Origin: Moniliella sp. 'wahieum'
Taxonomy: Eukaryota
NCBI GenBank assembly: GCA_003971905.1
Contig: RSEE01000065.1
Location: forward strand, 186,001 to 250,000
DNA: 64,000 nt
Direction of reading: 5' to 3'
The notes below the pieces were generated by a model. That model saw only the letters and a list, made by a program, of their open reading frames with translations, ran no database searches and was not told the origin of the DNA. This document shows positions 1 through 11,734 of this stretch, one piece after another (the stretch's first letter is position 1; each line of letters opens with the position of its first letter). Made by a program: the position numbers and the translations under genes.

Positions 1-3000
1 GTCCGCAGTGGCGAGATAGATGTGCCATGCAGCCTGCAGTCGTAGCTCGGCATGGAGAGTGAAGAGGATGGTGCGGGCCAGGTGGGCAAACGTGGGTGCA
101 AGCTGTGAAGCGACGAACCATCTCCTCCGTGAGCGGAAGCTCAAGGATGGTAGACGGCTTATCCATCGCCTCCGGATCCACCTTCTCGGGAAGCGTAGCA
201 ACTGGCTTCAATCGATGCAAGAAGGTGGTAAAGTTATCAACCGAGTGCTTCAGCGTCGCCAAGGCCACCATGCGTCTGCGCGCCGGCTCGGGAAGAAGCT
301 GCTCCATCGTCACCTTTGACCCGTCGCCCGAGAGGGAGGAAGAAGGGCCACTTCATGCATCAGCAGTGTCTCCCGCCTCTTGTCCGTCGTCTCTCCCACT
401 TCAGTCAGAATGGAGACAAGATCCGGCTTGCTCGCCCACACAGCGCAGGTGTACTTTCCCTTGCCCTCAGCTTCCGAATCCCGTGTGACGAGCGCTGTAT
501 AACGCGCGGTAGCCCCTTTGTACAGTTCGACCACCAGTACGACCATCAGGCGCGCAACACGGCGTTTCTGGAAGGGCATGTGCTGGAGGATGAGATATGT
601 GTCCTGCAAGAGGCGAACAGTGTTGGGCACAGCCTTGGACACGGGCTTTTCCCCTGCACCGCTCGCACCGTCCGTCTCGAGGGAAGACATGAGAGCAGGA
701 GGACGGTCGCTCCCCGGCATAGTCTCGGGACGGAGAGACTCCTCGTCATGGCTAGGCACCACATCCAGGCCCGAGATCGCAGTGGTAAACTGCGCCTGCA
801 CCCGTGCCTCCAGGTGAGGGAGGAAGTGTGCCGCACAAACCGGCGTAGGAACTGAGAATACGAGTCGTTTACTACCGTGCCAGGGTCTTCCTCTTCGTTC
901 TGGGCCGCGCGCCGGCGCGAAAGGGAGGTAGACTCCTCCTCGTCTTCCTCTTCCTCGTCATCCTCCCCAGCCCCCTCCGCATCAGCGGGGAGCACCTGCT
1001 TGGCACGTGCAATGAAGACGAGCACCGGGGTAAAGAGTTTGGACAAACCCGCAATATCTGGTTTGGCAAGCGTACGGTGTGCGTTCGCTCCCGTCTCGGA
1101 CCCGGGCGCATGGCCAACCGCGCCCAACCAAGCGCTCAAGTCGATGGCTGCCAGCTCCGAAGCAAACCCGGTGCCAACGGGGCCGGCGTCGGCCGATACC
1201 AAGCCGGGAAGGTAAGTACGAATCGTCTGCATAATCTGCTCTTCGTACTTGCGTGTCGTATTGCGGTCGGCCGTTGACACAACGCCCACTCCATTGGGCG
1301 GGACGCTTACCCCCCCGTCGGGGGCCAAATTGAACAACCGTTTCTTGCTGTCGCGCTCCACACGACCCATCCGCAGAACTTCATTTACATCTACCATCGT
1401 CCTGCGTGCCGACGCCGCCACTGCACCAGGGGAGAGATGCGCATCGTTCGCCCCTGCCGCCAAGTGGAAGAAAGAATGCCCTGCAGTTGATCCTGCATAT
1501 GCCGCCAAAGATTGCGGGGTTTGACTGACGTCCGCTTGTCGCCCCGGGTGCCTCCACTGCGGGTGGAGAGCCGAGAGCAGACCTCGTACACCACCCGGTA
1601 GCACTGCAGCACCGCATCAAACTTGGCAAACATGGTCCAAAACAAGTCGCGCAACGTCTCTTCGTCCCTCGCTTGGGCATAAACCTCGGCCGCGCTCTTT
1701 CCCCGAGAGCGCCTGGGGCAAGATTGGTTAGTGCAAGCAAGGCCGAGTTGGGAGCAGCCGTGGGCCCGCCCGAGAAAGTGAGGGTGCGTGCCCCTCCATT
1801 TCGGGTCACAAGGCTCGATCGGTTGGCCCATGGAGCCGAAGAACCCCGGTTCAAGTTCGTCCCCCACTGTGCTTCGGCATCGTGGCGCCGCTCTACCTCA
1901 TCAATCGTACCTTCGACGAGTTGGTGCAACTCTGCTTGCTGCCGCTGCAAAACGGCATCCAGCACTTCGGGCAGCTTACCCAACCGGGCAGCGCTTTCCA
2001 GCAGCATTTCAATGTATGCAAACGGATCGCTGTCCGCTTCCGTGCCGAGGCCCAAGCCTTCCCCGTTCCCTAGCCCAAGACCCGACGTGAGCCCCACGGA
2101 TGCGGGACCAGAGGCGGCCAATGTAGGCGCATCCGCCAAGGTTACTGTTGCTCCCGAACGAGCCGAATACCCGCCGCTCGTCCCTGGGGCCGAGAGATGG
2201 TTAAGGAACCGATCCAGCGCAGCAAGGGGGGTGGCAGGTTCCGTGTCATCCGGTAGCTCATTAGTCGGGATATCGGTGTCCGCATATGCATCCACATTTT
2301 CATCGCCGCCAGTGGCCGCGGCCGCTGCAGTTGTGGCTGCTCGGTCCAGAGGGGAGGCTCGCAGCTCGGCTTGTCCGGGCTCATACGGGCCCAGAGAGCG
2401 TCGTCGGCCGGTGCTTTGAGATAGAGATGGTTGTGCAGCTCCTCCGTGATGAGGTCCAAAATGGAGTGCTGCTGCTGAGCAAGATAGTTGCGTACGTCGG
2501 CAATCGCTGCAATGTCCTGCATTTCAGGTGACGTGGCGGTACGTTCGGCAGCCATAATGAGCGTCACGGCATCATAGAAGAGCTTGTTGGCGATCAAGCG
2601 TTCCAAGGCAGGAGGCGTATCGCGCAAGCGCTCGGCCGTGTTTAGCAGTCTAATCGACTCTTGTACTGCTTGGGACTTTTGCCACAGACTGACTAGATCC
2701 CCCCTGCGAGCACTGAGAGCATCCCGTGCGTCATTCAGCTTGCGCCGCGCTTGAAGCACGTTCTTCTGCGCTGTCCCCAAGGCCGAGAGCACCTGATGGT
2801 GGCGGGTGATGGCCGCCGCAAAGGCCTCGTAGTGGTCTTCCACCGAACCCTGCAACGCGGCATCGAGTAGGGCCGACATGCGCTGGAATTCGTCCTGCAG
2901 TGCCTCCTGAGCTGGTGATTCAATTATATCAAGGGCCAAGGCAGCCGGGTTAATATCATCCTGGACCAAAGGTACCCACTCCAACCGCGCTTTCTGCAGG

Positions 3001-4072
3001 ACAGCAGCGATAGCTAATAGCTCCGCTGGCGTGCGGCCAGCCTTCTCGGCGGCCCGTTCGTACGCCGCCAGCGGCCGCCGTTTGACCTGCAACACTTGCT
3101 CAATCCCCATCGGACCAGACGATGAGGGGCCCTCATATCCTGCCCCGGCACGTCGGATCCGATCCACTTGGTGTTTACGCCCTGCCGACTGGAGGGCAGC
3201 GACAGCACCCCGCAGCGCCTCGGGAGCATCGCTCTGTTGGCCGGTCAAACTGCCCATGGGGCCAGGTCCGAATCGACAGTACGCGCGCGTTCGGGGTTAC
3301 GGACATTAGGGTGATTGTGATGATGATGGTTGCGGGATTTCGACGTGGGTGCTTGCGCGTGGGCCTGGGGATAGGGCTGGTCGTAGCTTTGATCATACGC
3401 CTCGTACGCTTCATCGTAATGCTGGGGTTCGGTTTGGCGGCGCACGCGGGGATCCGTACCCCTCCGTGCGGGCACAGAAAGGGGCTCTTGGGAATGAACG
3501 CGGGCCGATCGGGGGAGAGGGATGCCAGGCTCCTCGGGGTCGAATGATTCGTCAGAGGGAGAGACGGGGCGACGGTCGGGGCGCATGGAGGCCGGGAGAG
3601 ACGCGGCGGGAGTGGCGACGGAAAAGGTCGGCTGCTGCGAAGGGCGACGCACAGAGCGGGCGGGGCGTGCGGGCAACGGCGAGTCTGGGGCGGGGGAGGA
3701 GGAGGAGGGCGGCAGCGGGGGGATGAGGCCGTCGGAGGGCGAGTCGAGGCCGGGGGCATAGGGAGCGGGTGGAGGGAGAGGGAGGGCTGCTGCGGGGCGT
3801 GGTGTGGGCGAGCGTGGGGCGGCTGGGGCTGGATGCGAGACGGCGCAGGCGAGTAGCCCAGTCGGACGGGGGGCTCGTCGATGGCGGCGAGGCCCTGGGA
3901 CGGAAGGCGCGCGGCGGAGAAGGCAGAGGGGGGCCCTGGACAGCGCCCATGCCGAGAGCCGGTTCTCATGGCGGATCTTGGCGCGGACGCGGTCCTTGTC
4001 GCGCTCCCTGTCGCGGTCCTTGCCCTCGGTGAGCTTGCGCAGCGAGAAGGAGCGCGCGACGCGGTCCACCAT
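1..4072 (-). CDS. SEC8: Exocyst subunit Sec8, 3' part beyond the window start; several frameshifts
   Basis: ORFs 3245..4072, 2142..3257, 1381..2295, 546..1604 and 310..801 tile one gene. Sec8-like segments include 'SVEDHYEAFAAAITRHHQVL', 'LITEELHNHLYLK', 'DPFAYIEMLLESAARLGKL', 'LFWTMFAKFDAVLQCYRVVYEV'. The start codon is inferred. Confidence 0.85.
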
Positions 4073-4715
4073 GGCGCTGCGTCGGGGAGGCGATGGGCGG
4101 CGGCGGTGGATGCGCTTGCGGTGGCGGCGCAGGCCCGCTGCACGTGGCGCCCCGCCTCACGTAAGCGGCTGCTTACGTAAGCCGCTTCCCCCGCACGCAC
4201 GGCCTCTGCGCGGCGCTACCCGCTTGGGCGCAGGGCGGGGCACTGCTGTGGATGAGCTACCGGAGCGTGGCACTGTGTATATTGAGCATTCGGTACAACT
4301 GGGCACGTGCCTCCCGCGCCTCACGCCTGCCCCGTGTCATGCATGACACGTGGCCATCATGCATCAGATCTCACCGGGTGGGCTGAGTACCAGACAGGCC
4401 GCCTGGGTGTGTGAACATTTCATTCTCCCAGGGGCCCCGCTGTGCACCGATGCATGATGCATGACATGGATGATGGTCGATCATCGATCATCCGACGGAG
4501 GCTGGCCAGCGGAGAAAAGTTGATACGAAGACCACGCCATCCGGCACGGCGCCGTAGTCATAAGTCGCTTGTCACTACGTTGCCCAGTTGTAGTTACTAG
4601 TTGGCAGTTACCGCGGCTAATAAACGGCATCGCTCCTTTCGACTCCGAAGCATCTCAACCGCCTTTTTTTCGTCCCGCCCTATTCCTTCTTCCCGCCCAC
4701 CACATCTCTCACACC

Positions 4716-7027
4716 ATGGCCCAATTCTCCCACCCCCTCATCCGTGACGGCTGGTTCCACGAGATCAACTCCCAATGGCCCGGCGAGGCCATGGGCTTGC
4801 AGGTGGTCCGCATCCTCCACCACGAGAAGAGCAAGTTCCAGGACGTACTCGTCTTTGAGAGCACCACCTTTGGCAATGTTCTCGTTCTCGACGGCGTCAT
4901 TCAAGCCACCGAGCGCGACGAATTTTCGTACCAGGAGATGATCGCTCATCTCCCTCTTGCCAGCCACCCTAACCCCGAGCGTGTGCTGGTCATTGGCGGT
5001 GGCGATGGCGGTGTGCTGCGTGAGGTCGTCAAGCACGACTCGGTCAAGGAGGCCATCCTCTGTGACATTGATGAGGCCGTGCCGCGTGTCAGCAAGCTAT
5101 ACCTGCCCCACATGGCCCAGGGCCTTACTCACCCCAAGAGCACTGTGCACATTGGCGATGGCTTTGCTTTCCTCAAGTTGCCCGAGAACAAGGGCGCCTT
5201 TGATGTGATCATCACCGATTCCTCCGACCCTGTGGGCCCAGCCCAGGCGCTGTTTGAGAAGCCCTACTTCCAACTGCTCAAGGAGGCCCTCAAGCCTGGT
5301 GGACACATCTCTACCCAAGCCGAGTCGCTCTGGCTGCACCTTCCGCTCATCCGTGAGCTGCGGCAGAGCACCAAGGAAATCTTCTCGGTGGCCGACTATG
5401 CCTTTACCACCATTCCCACCTACCCCTCTGGGCAAATTGGCTTTGTCATCTGCTCCACCGAGCCGACGCGCAACGTGCGTGTGCCCGTGCGTGAGGTTCC
5501 GGGTTGCAAGTACTACAATGCCGATGTTCACAAGGCGGCCTTTGTCCTCCCCGAGTTTGCTCGCGCGGTCATTGAGGATGGGGCGGCGGCGCCGGGCCCT
5601 GTCGTGGCCTCGGGCGATGGTTCGGGCCCCGCGTCCCGTGACGCTAAGAATTCTTCTGTTGGGCTCGGGCTACGTTGCCCGTCCGTTCGCCGAGTACGTT
5701 CTGCGTTACCCCGAGTACAGCTTGACGGTCGCATCGTCGCGGTTGGCCAATGCCCAGCGCCTGGCTGAGGGTCTGGCGCGTACGACGGCCACTTCGGTTG
5801 ATGTGAACAACCATGCTGCTCTGGCCGAGCTGGTGGGGCAGCACGACATTGTCATCTCGCTCATCCCCTACATTTACCACGCCAAGGTGATCGAGGCGGC
5901 GATCGAGAAGAAGGTGGATGTGGTTACCACTTCCTACGTCAGTCCTGCCATCCGCGAACTGGCGCCCAAGATTAAGGCAGCGGGTATTACAGTGATGAAC
6001 GAGATTGGTCTTGACCCTGGTATTGACCACCTCTATGCCGTCAAGGCCATTGCCGACATTCACGCTCAGGGGAAGAAGGTCAAGGAGTTCTACTCGTACT
6101 GTGGTGGTCTGCCTGCCCCCGAGGCGGCAGACAACCCGCTGGGATACAAGTTTTCGTGGTCCTCGCGAGGTGTTCTGCTTGCCCTTCGCAACACGGCCAA
6201 GTTCTGGCAGAAGGGAAGTAAGGAGCCGGTCACCATTCCTGGCCCTGAGCTGATGAAGTCGGCCAAGCCTTACTACATTAGCCCCGCCTTTGCCTTTGTC
6301 GCGTACCCCAACCGTGACAGCACGCCGTACCGCGAATGGTACAACATCCCCGAGGCTGAAACGGTGGTCCGTGGCACGATGCGCTACCAGGGCTTCCCGG
6401 AGTTTGTCGAGGCACTGGTCAAGCTGGGTTTCCTCGACGACTTTGCCAAGCCTTACCTCACTCTTCCCAACACCAAGTCGTGGGCTGAAATTTTGGCGGC
6501 AGTGACGGGCTCGCAGAGCACGGAGCCGGCTTCGCTTGCGGCCGCGGTGCGCAAGGTTGTGGACTTTAAGACGGAGGAGGAGGCGGACATGGTGCTCCGT
6601 GGTTTGCGCTGGCTTGACCTGTTCAGCTCAGAGGTGCCCGCAACCGTCCGTGGCACGGCGGAGCAGGAGAAGGAGCAGCAGGGTAACCTTCTGGACTCGC
6701 TCTGCGCTACGCTCGAGCTTAAGTGCCAGTACGGTCCCGAGGAACGTGACATGGTCATGCTTCAGCACAAGTTCGTCACCGAGGACAAGGACGGTAACCA
6801 AGCGACCCTCACCTCGACGCTGCTCGACTTTGGTGTTCCCAACGGCTTCTCTTCGATGGCCAAGACGGTGGTGTGCCGTGTGCAATCGCCACCAAGCTCA
6901 TCCTTGAGGGCCACCCGGGCTGAAGAAACCTGGCGAGATTGTCGCCCCGTACTCGCTCGACGTTACGGAGCCCATTCGTGCTGAGCTTGAGAAGGAGGGC
7001 ATTGCTCTTGAGGAGCGCTGGGTCTAA
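4716..7027 (+). CDS. SPE3-LYS9: Chimeric spermidine synthase / saccharopine dehydrogenase (Spe-Sdh, SPE3-LYS9 fusion)
   Basis: N-terminal spermidine synthase: '[24 protein letters not shown]', '[10 protein letters not shown]', '[10 protein letters not shown]'. It is joined by a short linker to saccharopine reductase: '[12 protein letters not shown]', '[12 protein letters not shown]', '[25 protein letters not shown]'. Frameshifts at ~5650 and near the 3' end. No introns seen. Confidence 0.95.
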
Positions 7028-8018
7028 GCGAAGAACTGCCAAGACGTTATTGCGCTCTATCTATTTCCTGTGGAAGCCGAACTTGTTTGTCATAGCACGA
7101 AGCTTTCGCAGTTCCCACATCTTCTCGTAGTATGACAGCAATACTAAGCACAACTACTAGGAAGTACCTGTTGATGGTCGCAATCTCTCTTTCGCTTCAT
7201 ATTTCCGTCCGTCTGGTGTAGAGCTCTTCAACAGTGAGGCTTGATGGGAAAATGGATAGTCGTTCAAGACCCAGCCCATTCGCCCAACATGCCGTCTGCG
7301 CTGACGACTACTAGCTACGCTCTGTGTCCACGATGATGTATGACGTACCCTTCAATTGCATTATCGACCTCATCATGAACGGTTACTTGGGCTTCCCTAT
7401 AAGGAACCAGAGCTTGGCCAACGCTCTTGATCCATGTTTTTCTGGTCGGCCACATCTATAAGCGGATGGCTGATTGTCCTCGACAATCGACGCCCAACAG
7501 GGGATATGTGGCTCGCCCATCACAAACGGAGCGGCTGTTTTTAGTGAGCGAAGCCCTTGTGAAGCATGAACATGAACATCGAAATGGCCAGACAGGGGAT
7601 TTGAGATCTCTTCCTCATATCAGATTGATTCTGGGTTGACGTATATTATGCCGCGGAGCTCCTTTTTTTCTTCTTCCTCTCCCTATTTCCTCTCTTTACC
7701 TTCTGTATCTTTAATGTTTTGTATGGCTATTGGTTCGTAGACCATCACATCATTTATGGCTCCTTTATACCAAAGATGTAATCTATCTTCTTTCTAGGTT
7801 ATACGCAATCGCCGCCTCTAAACAAGTAGAAAATGTGTGCAAGTGAATGAGATGGACGGCGGTTTTCCTCACAGTAAAAATGCCTTGAAATAGTGAAACT
7901 ATGATTGCCTCCAAACCAAAATTGAGCTCTCCACCATCAGGCATCTCATCAAACCACTCTTCACTCCATCACTCTTTCTCTTCTTTCCTTTCTCTCCCCT
8001 CCCCATTTGCTCATCACC

Positions 8019-9117
8019 ATGTCGTCTGAGGTGGAAGTGACGAGCGATGAGGCATATCGCATGCTCAAGCTCCAACCGGGAGCCAGCGAAACACAGATCA
8101 AGAGCGCCTATCGCAAATTGTCCCTGAAGCTGCATCCGGACAAGCGTCGTGACGTTTCGTCGAGGTGGCCGCGCATGAATTTCACCAGCTTTCGGCCGCC
8201 TATGCCTTGCTCAGCAATCCGATCAGCGCCGCAAAGCCGAGGAGACCGCTGCGGCGGATGCTGCGCAAGCTGCACGCAGGGGAGCGTACGATTCCAAGCG
8301 AAAGGCCGCCGCCGAAGACCTCCTTCGCCGCGAAGAAGAAGACAAGAAACGCCGGCGCGCCGCTGCCAAAGCTCAGGCCGACCTCGACACTCGACTGAGA
8401 GATGCGCAAATGGAAAGCGAACAAATGATGGAGATGGCTTCCAAGGCTCGGGATAGCGCTCCTGCACCACCATCTATGCCTGACCTCTCTACTGCCAGCG
8501 ATGACCCACCCCAACTAGGTTCTATGGACAAGATGGTCCTGATCAAGCTTCCATTTCGCAGACATCTTCGCTTTTGGGTGTTTCTAGCGAGGCGCTTCTC
8601 GGCCACTCTCTGCACTGGATACAGCAAGCACGCGCTTGGCGCGTGCCTTGGGGCATGTCTTCGGTGCTGTGACCCATATCGTGGTCCAGCCTCCCAAACG
8701 GCGCAAGAAGACGGGGAATCTCAGTTCCGAGGTGAGCGTATTGGTCGAGTTTGAGGATGTGATGGATGCCTATGCAGCGGCGACGGCAGGGTCCAGTTTG
8801 TCTGCCCCGCCACCACTGGACGAGTGCTGGATGGGGTGGGCATCGGCGAGCAAAAAAAAGGATGCTGTACCATGGGAACCTCCAAGATCTCGTGGATGCG
8901 GTCCCGAGGACTCCTGCCTACCTCGGCGAGCCCTAGACCAGGTGCGATGGCACCAAACACATCGGAGCATGCCTCCAAGACGCCCCCCGCGTCTACTACC
9001 TTCTCCTTTAAGCCACCCAGCGGACAGACCGGTCCTGACTTTGAAAGTGCGATCCTGCAACGCCTGCGGGACGCAGCAAGGAGACGAGCGGATCGAGAAG
9101 ATGGGGCGACTGGCTAG
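8019..9117 (+). CDS. CWC23: DnaJ-domain protein, Cwc23/DNAJC17-like splicing factor
   Basis: J-domain with HPD ('IKSAYRKLSLKLHPDK'), then a charged coiled coil, an RRM-like 'VFGAV...SVLVEFEDVMDAYAA' and C-terminal 'FESAILQRLRDAAR'. Several frameshifts. Confidence 0.7.
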
Positions 9118-9275
9118 ACGGCAAATACGATGGTGTCCGTCCACGTTCCCGTGGCTGTGCGGATCATAGGAGTGATGTTGCGTTGAGCCAGTGGAACTTG
9201 TGAAGCACTCAATTTTGAAATTTGCACGCCAGCTGGAGCGATGCAAGGTCTAATCGTCCCTTGTGCCTACTCCGT

Positions 9276-10553
9276 ATGTCTGCTGCCGTTGCAACCACCA
9301 TGGGGTGCGGCGACTCATCCCAGACGCCTCTCCCGCGTGTCGGGACGCTGGGAATGTTCATAGTGGACACCTTCCAATACCTCCACCCGACGGATCCCCC
9401 GAATCCCCACCGACCGCGGGTACGGCGCCCAAGTGGGCGGCGGGGGCACTTACGTCGCTGTCGGTGTGTAGCTCTTCCCCTCGTTCCTGAGCCCAGCCCC
9501 AGCTGACTGTTTCTCCTCTCTGGTCCAGGGGCCAGCATGTGGTATGTGTTCATGCTTCCTCCTTCGAATTCCCAGTGGCATCTGCTGACCACCACGCTTG
9601 GCCAGGGTCGCATCCAACCGAGTGTGCATGCTGGTCGATCGCGGGTGCGACTGGGCTGCCGATTGGCAACGCCAACTGGACCAATACGTTGATGCATCCT
9701 CTTTACGTGAAGGAGAGACGGGCATCTGGAAGTACCGCGCTCGTTTGGACAAAACGACGCTAGCCGTCAACATTTTTACTGGTGAAACGCGGGACTTTCA
9801 GTATTTGACAGCCAAGGTGCGTATCGAGCCAAAGGACCTGTTGATGAAAGACGTTCATTCGGGCATGATTGGACTGCCGGAAGTGATCCACTTTGTGTGC
9901 TCACCCGAGCGGGCGAATTCGATTGCCGATGAGATCAGCAAGTATGCCTCCCAAGGGCAGGGGGCTTTCCGCAATGGCGATCAGGACCCCATGCCAATGC
10001 TAATCTGGGAGCCCATGCCGCCCGATGCGGTACCAAAGAACTTGGACGCTTGTTGCGCTCTTTGACAAGGTCCACCTCTTCAGCCGAACCACGAGGAAGC
10101 TGCCTGTCTCCTCTCAGTAATCCTTCCCCCTGATGAGGATGAAGAGGAGATGAAGTCCGCTGTTGAGGGAATGGCCCAAATTATTGGCTTTGGCGGCGAA
10201 AATGACGTGCAGCAGGACCCCCGTGATTGGCCTGAGATCGGGCAAGTTGGGGACTACATTGAGCCCGCCCATCTCTCCCCCTCAGGTGAGGAGGACCGGA
10301 TAGGCTTCTGGGTCCCGGCATACCACGATCGTACTATGGCCAAGCGTGTGTCGACGTGACCGGCGGAGGCAACGGTTGGCTTGGTGGGTATGCATCTGGG
10401 ATGGCCGATGCGGTTGCGGCCCACCCCAAGCTCGTAGCCATGACCGACAAGGAGATCTTGTGCGTGCTGCTGTACGGGGTAGCGTTTCTGCATGTAAGTT
10501 CACATTCCGAGTTCGTGACGGGACATGACCGGTGGCCCCTTCAGCCTATATGA
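9276..10553 (+). CDS. PfkB/ribokinase-like protein (MAK32-like)
   Basis: 'TLGMFIVDTF', 'LVDRGCDW', 'LIWEPMP', 'PNHEEA' and the PfkB C-terminal signature 'VDVTGGGNGWLGG' lie in successive frames. The 3' end is uncertain. Confidence 0.7.
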
Positions 10554-11734
10554 TTGAGCAACCATCACTTCCTCTGGCTTCCAATTTTCTTGCTGGCGCA
10601 CCTGCCTTGGGTAGTGAGGAAGGGGTTGATGAAGGAGTGCAAGCCCGTTTCGACCGGCTCTATGGGCGAATCACTGGAACAAATCAAGCATAGTGCACTA
10701 ATGTACATCTGTGCTCCTCGTAACCAAGGAGCCAATAAGAATCATTGCAAACAGAGAAAACTGCCCACATGCGTTATGGTGAAGGAGCGAAAACGAAAGA
10801 ATGAAGAAGGTAGGAACCTCGATATGAGATTGGCCTCGCTGGCGCCAACAAAGCCGCTCTAGATGCTCCTCCGGCCGTTGCACCTTTCAATCCCCACTCC
10901 TTCGACAGTCGTCCCCGGCCCAGCTGGCAGAAGAAGACTGCGGCGGACACCGACCGGCAATGTCGCCCTTTGAAAGCATCCCTCAATCGGCACGATACCG
11001 CATTACTACCCACCGGCGCATCAAACAGGCCATCCGTATCAAGGTCAAATTGAGGTTGGGGTCTCCTGAAATGTCTCGCCCTTGCACCAGTCGCACGCAC
11101 GGCTGCCACGACAAATGGTCTCCACGTCGTCATAGACCGTGCCTCGGGCTGGATGTCCTCCTCGTTGTGCTGTCGGGGCTCCTGGCTTCCGTATAGGATG
11201 GAGCCCACTGAGGATATGACGCACCCACGAATGTACAGCAGGAACTTTGGCCGGAGGTCTTTGCTGGAATGGATTTACAAGAGGATGGACCGTAACTGAC
11301 CGCGGCGCCGCGTTCCACCTTCAGACTTCAGAGTGTGCCATACCCTTGGTCGAAACATCAGCAAACGCACCATCGCGGCATCTCAGCTGCTCCGATCCAG
11401 CCAGGTCTTCCATCGATTCGTCTGTCCCCCAACCACCGAAACACGCGATGAGGCGGTCGTCATATAGCAGAACAGAGCAGAACAGAACAGAACAAAACAA
11501 GTCGCGGTTGAACGGTATAATGCATTGGAAGCTTGCATATCATCATGTTACATTTGCATCGAGCACGGCGTGTTTGCCTTGCTCGAAGGGTTAGGAGGTT
11601 CGGCCTCACGTCAAGACGCAAGGACGCTGGATCTCGGCACCTGGTCGCGGTTGAAGGAACAGGTAGCACGAGAACGATGGGGGGAAATGAGGACCAAACG
11701 AGGCATGGCAGCTAAACAGCTGGCAACAGGGTGC

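Noticed and set aside
4569..4715. In-frame upstream extension of Spe-Sdh from a TTG
   Set aside because: It reads as a pyrimidine-rich 5' leader with no clear targeting character; the ATG at 4716 has good context and matches the family N-terminus.
5640..5660. Programmed ribosomal frameshift between Spe and Sdh
   Set aside because: No slippery heptamer, and similar indels occur in almost every gene in the window.
7169..7233. TGTTGA...TCAACA inverted ends suggesting an LTR
   Set aside because: Only 65 bp long, and the flanks (GTACC/GTGAG) are not a TSD.
10774..11400. Short ORFs between the PfkB gene and ADE3
   Set aside because: No recognisable motif or consistent codon bias.
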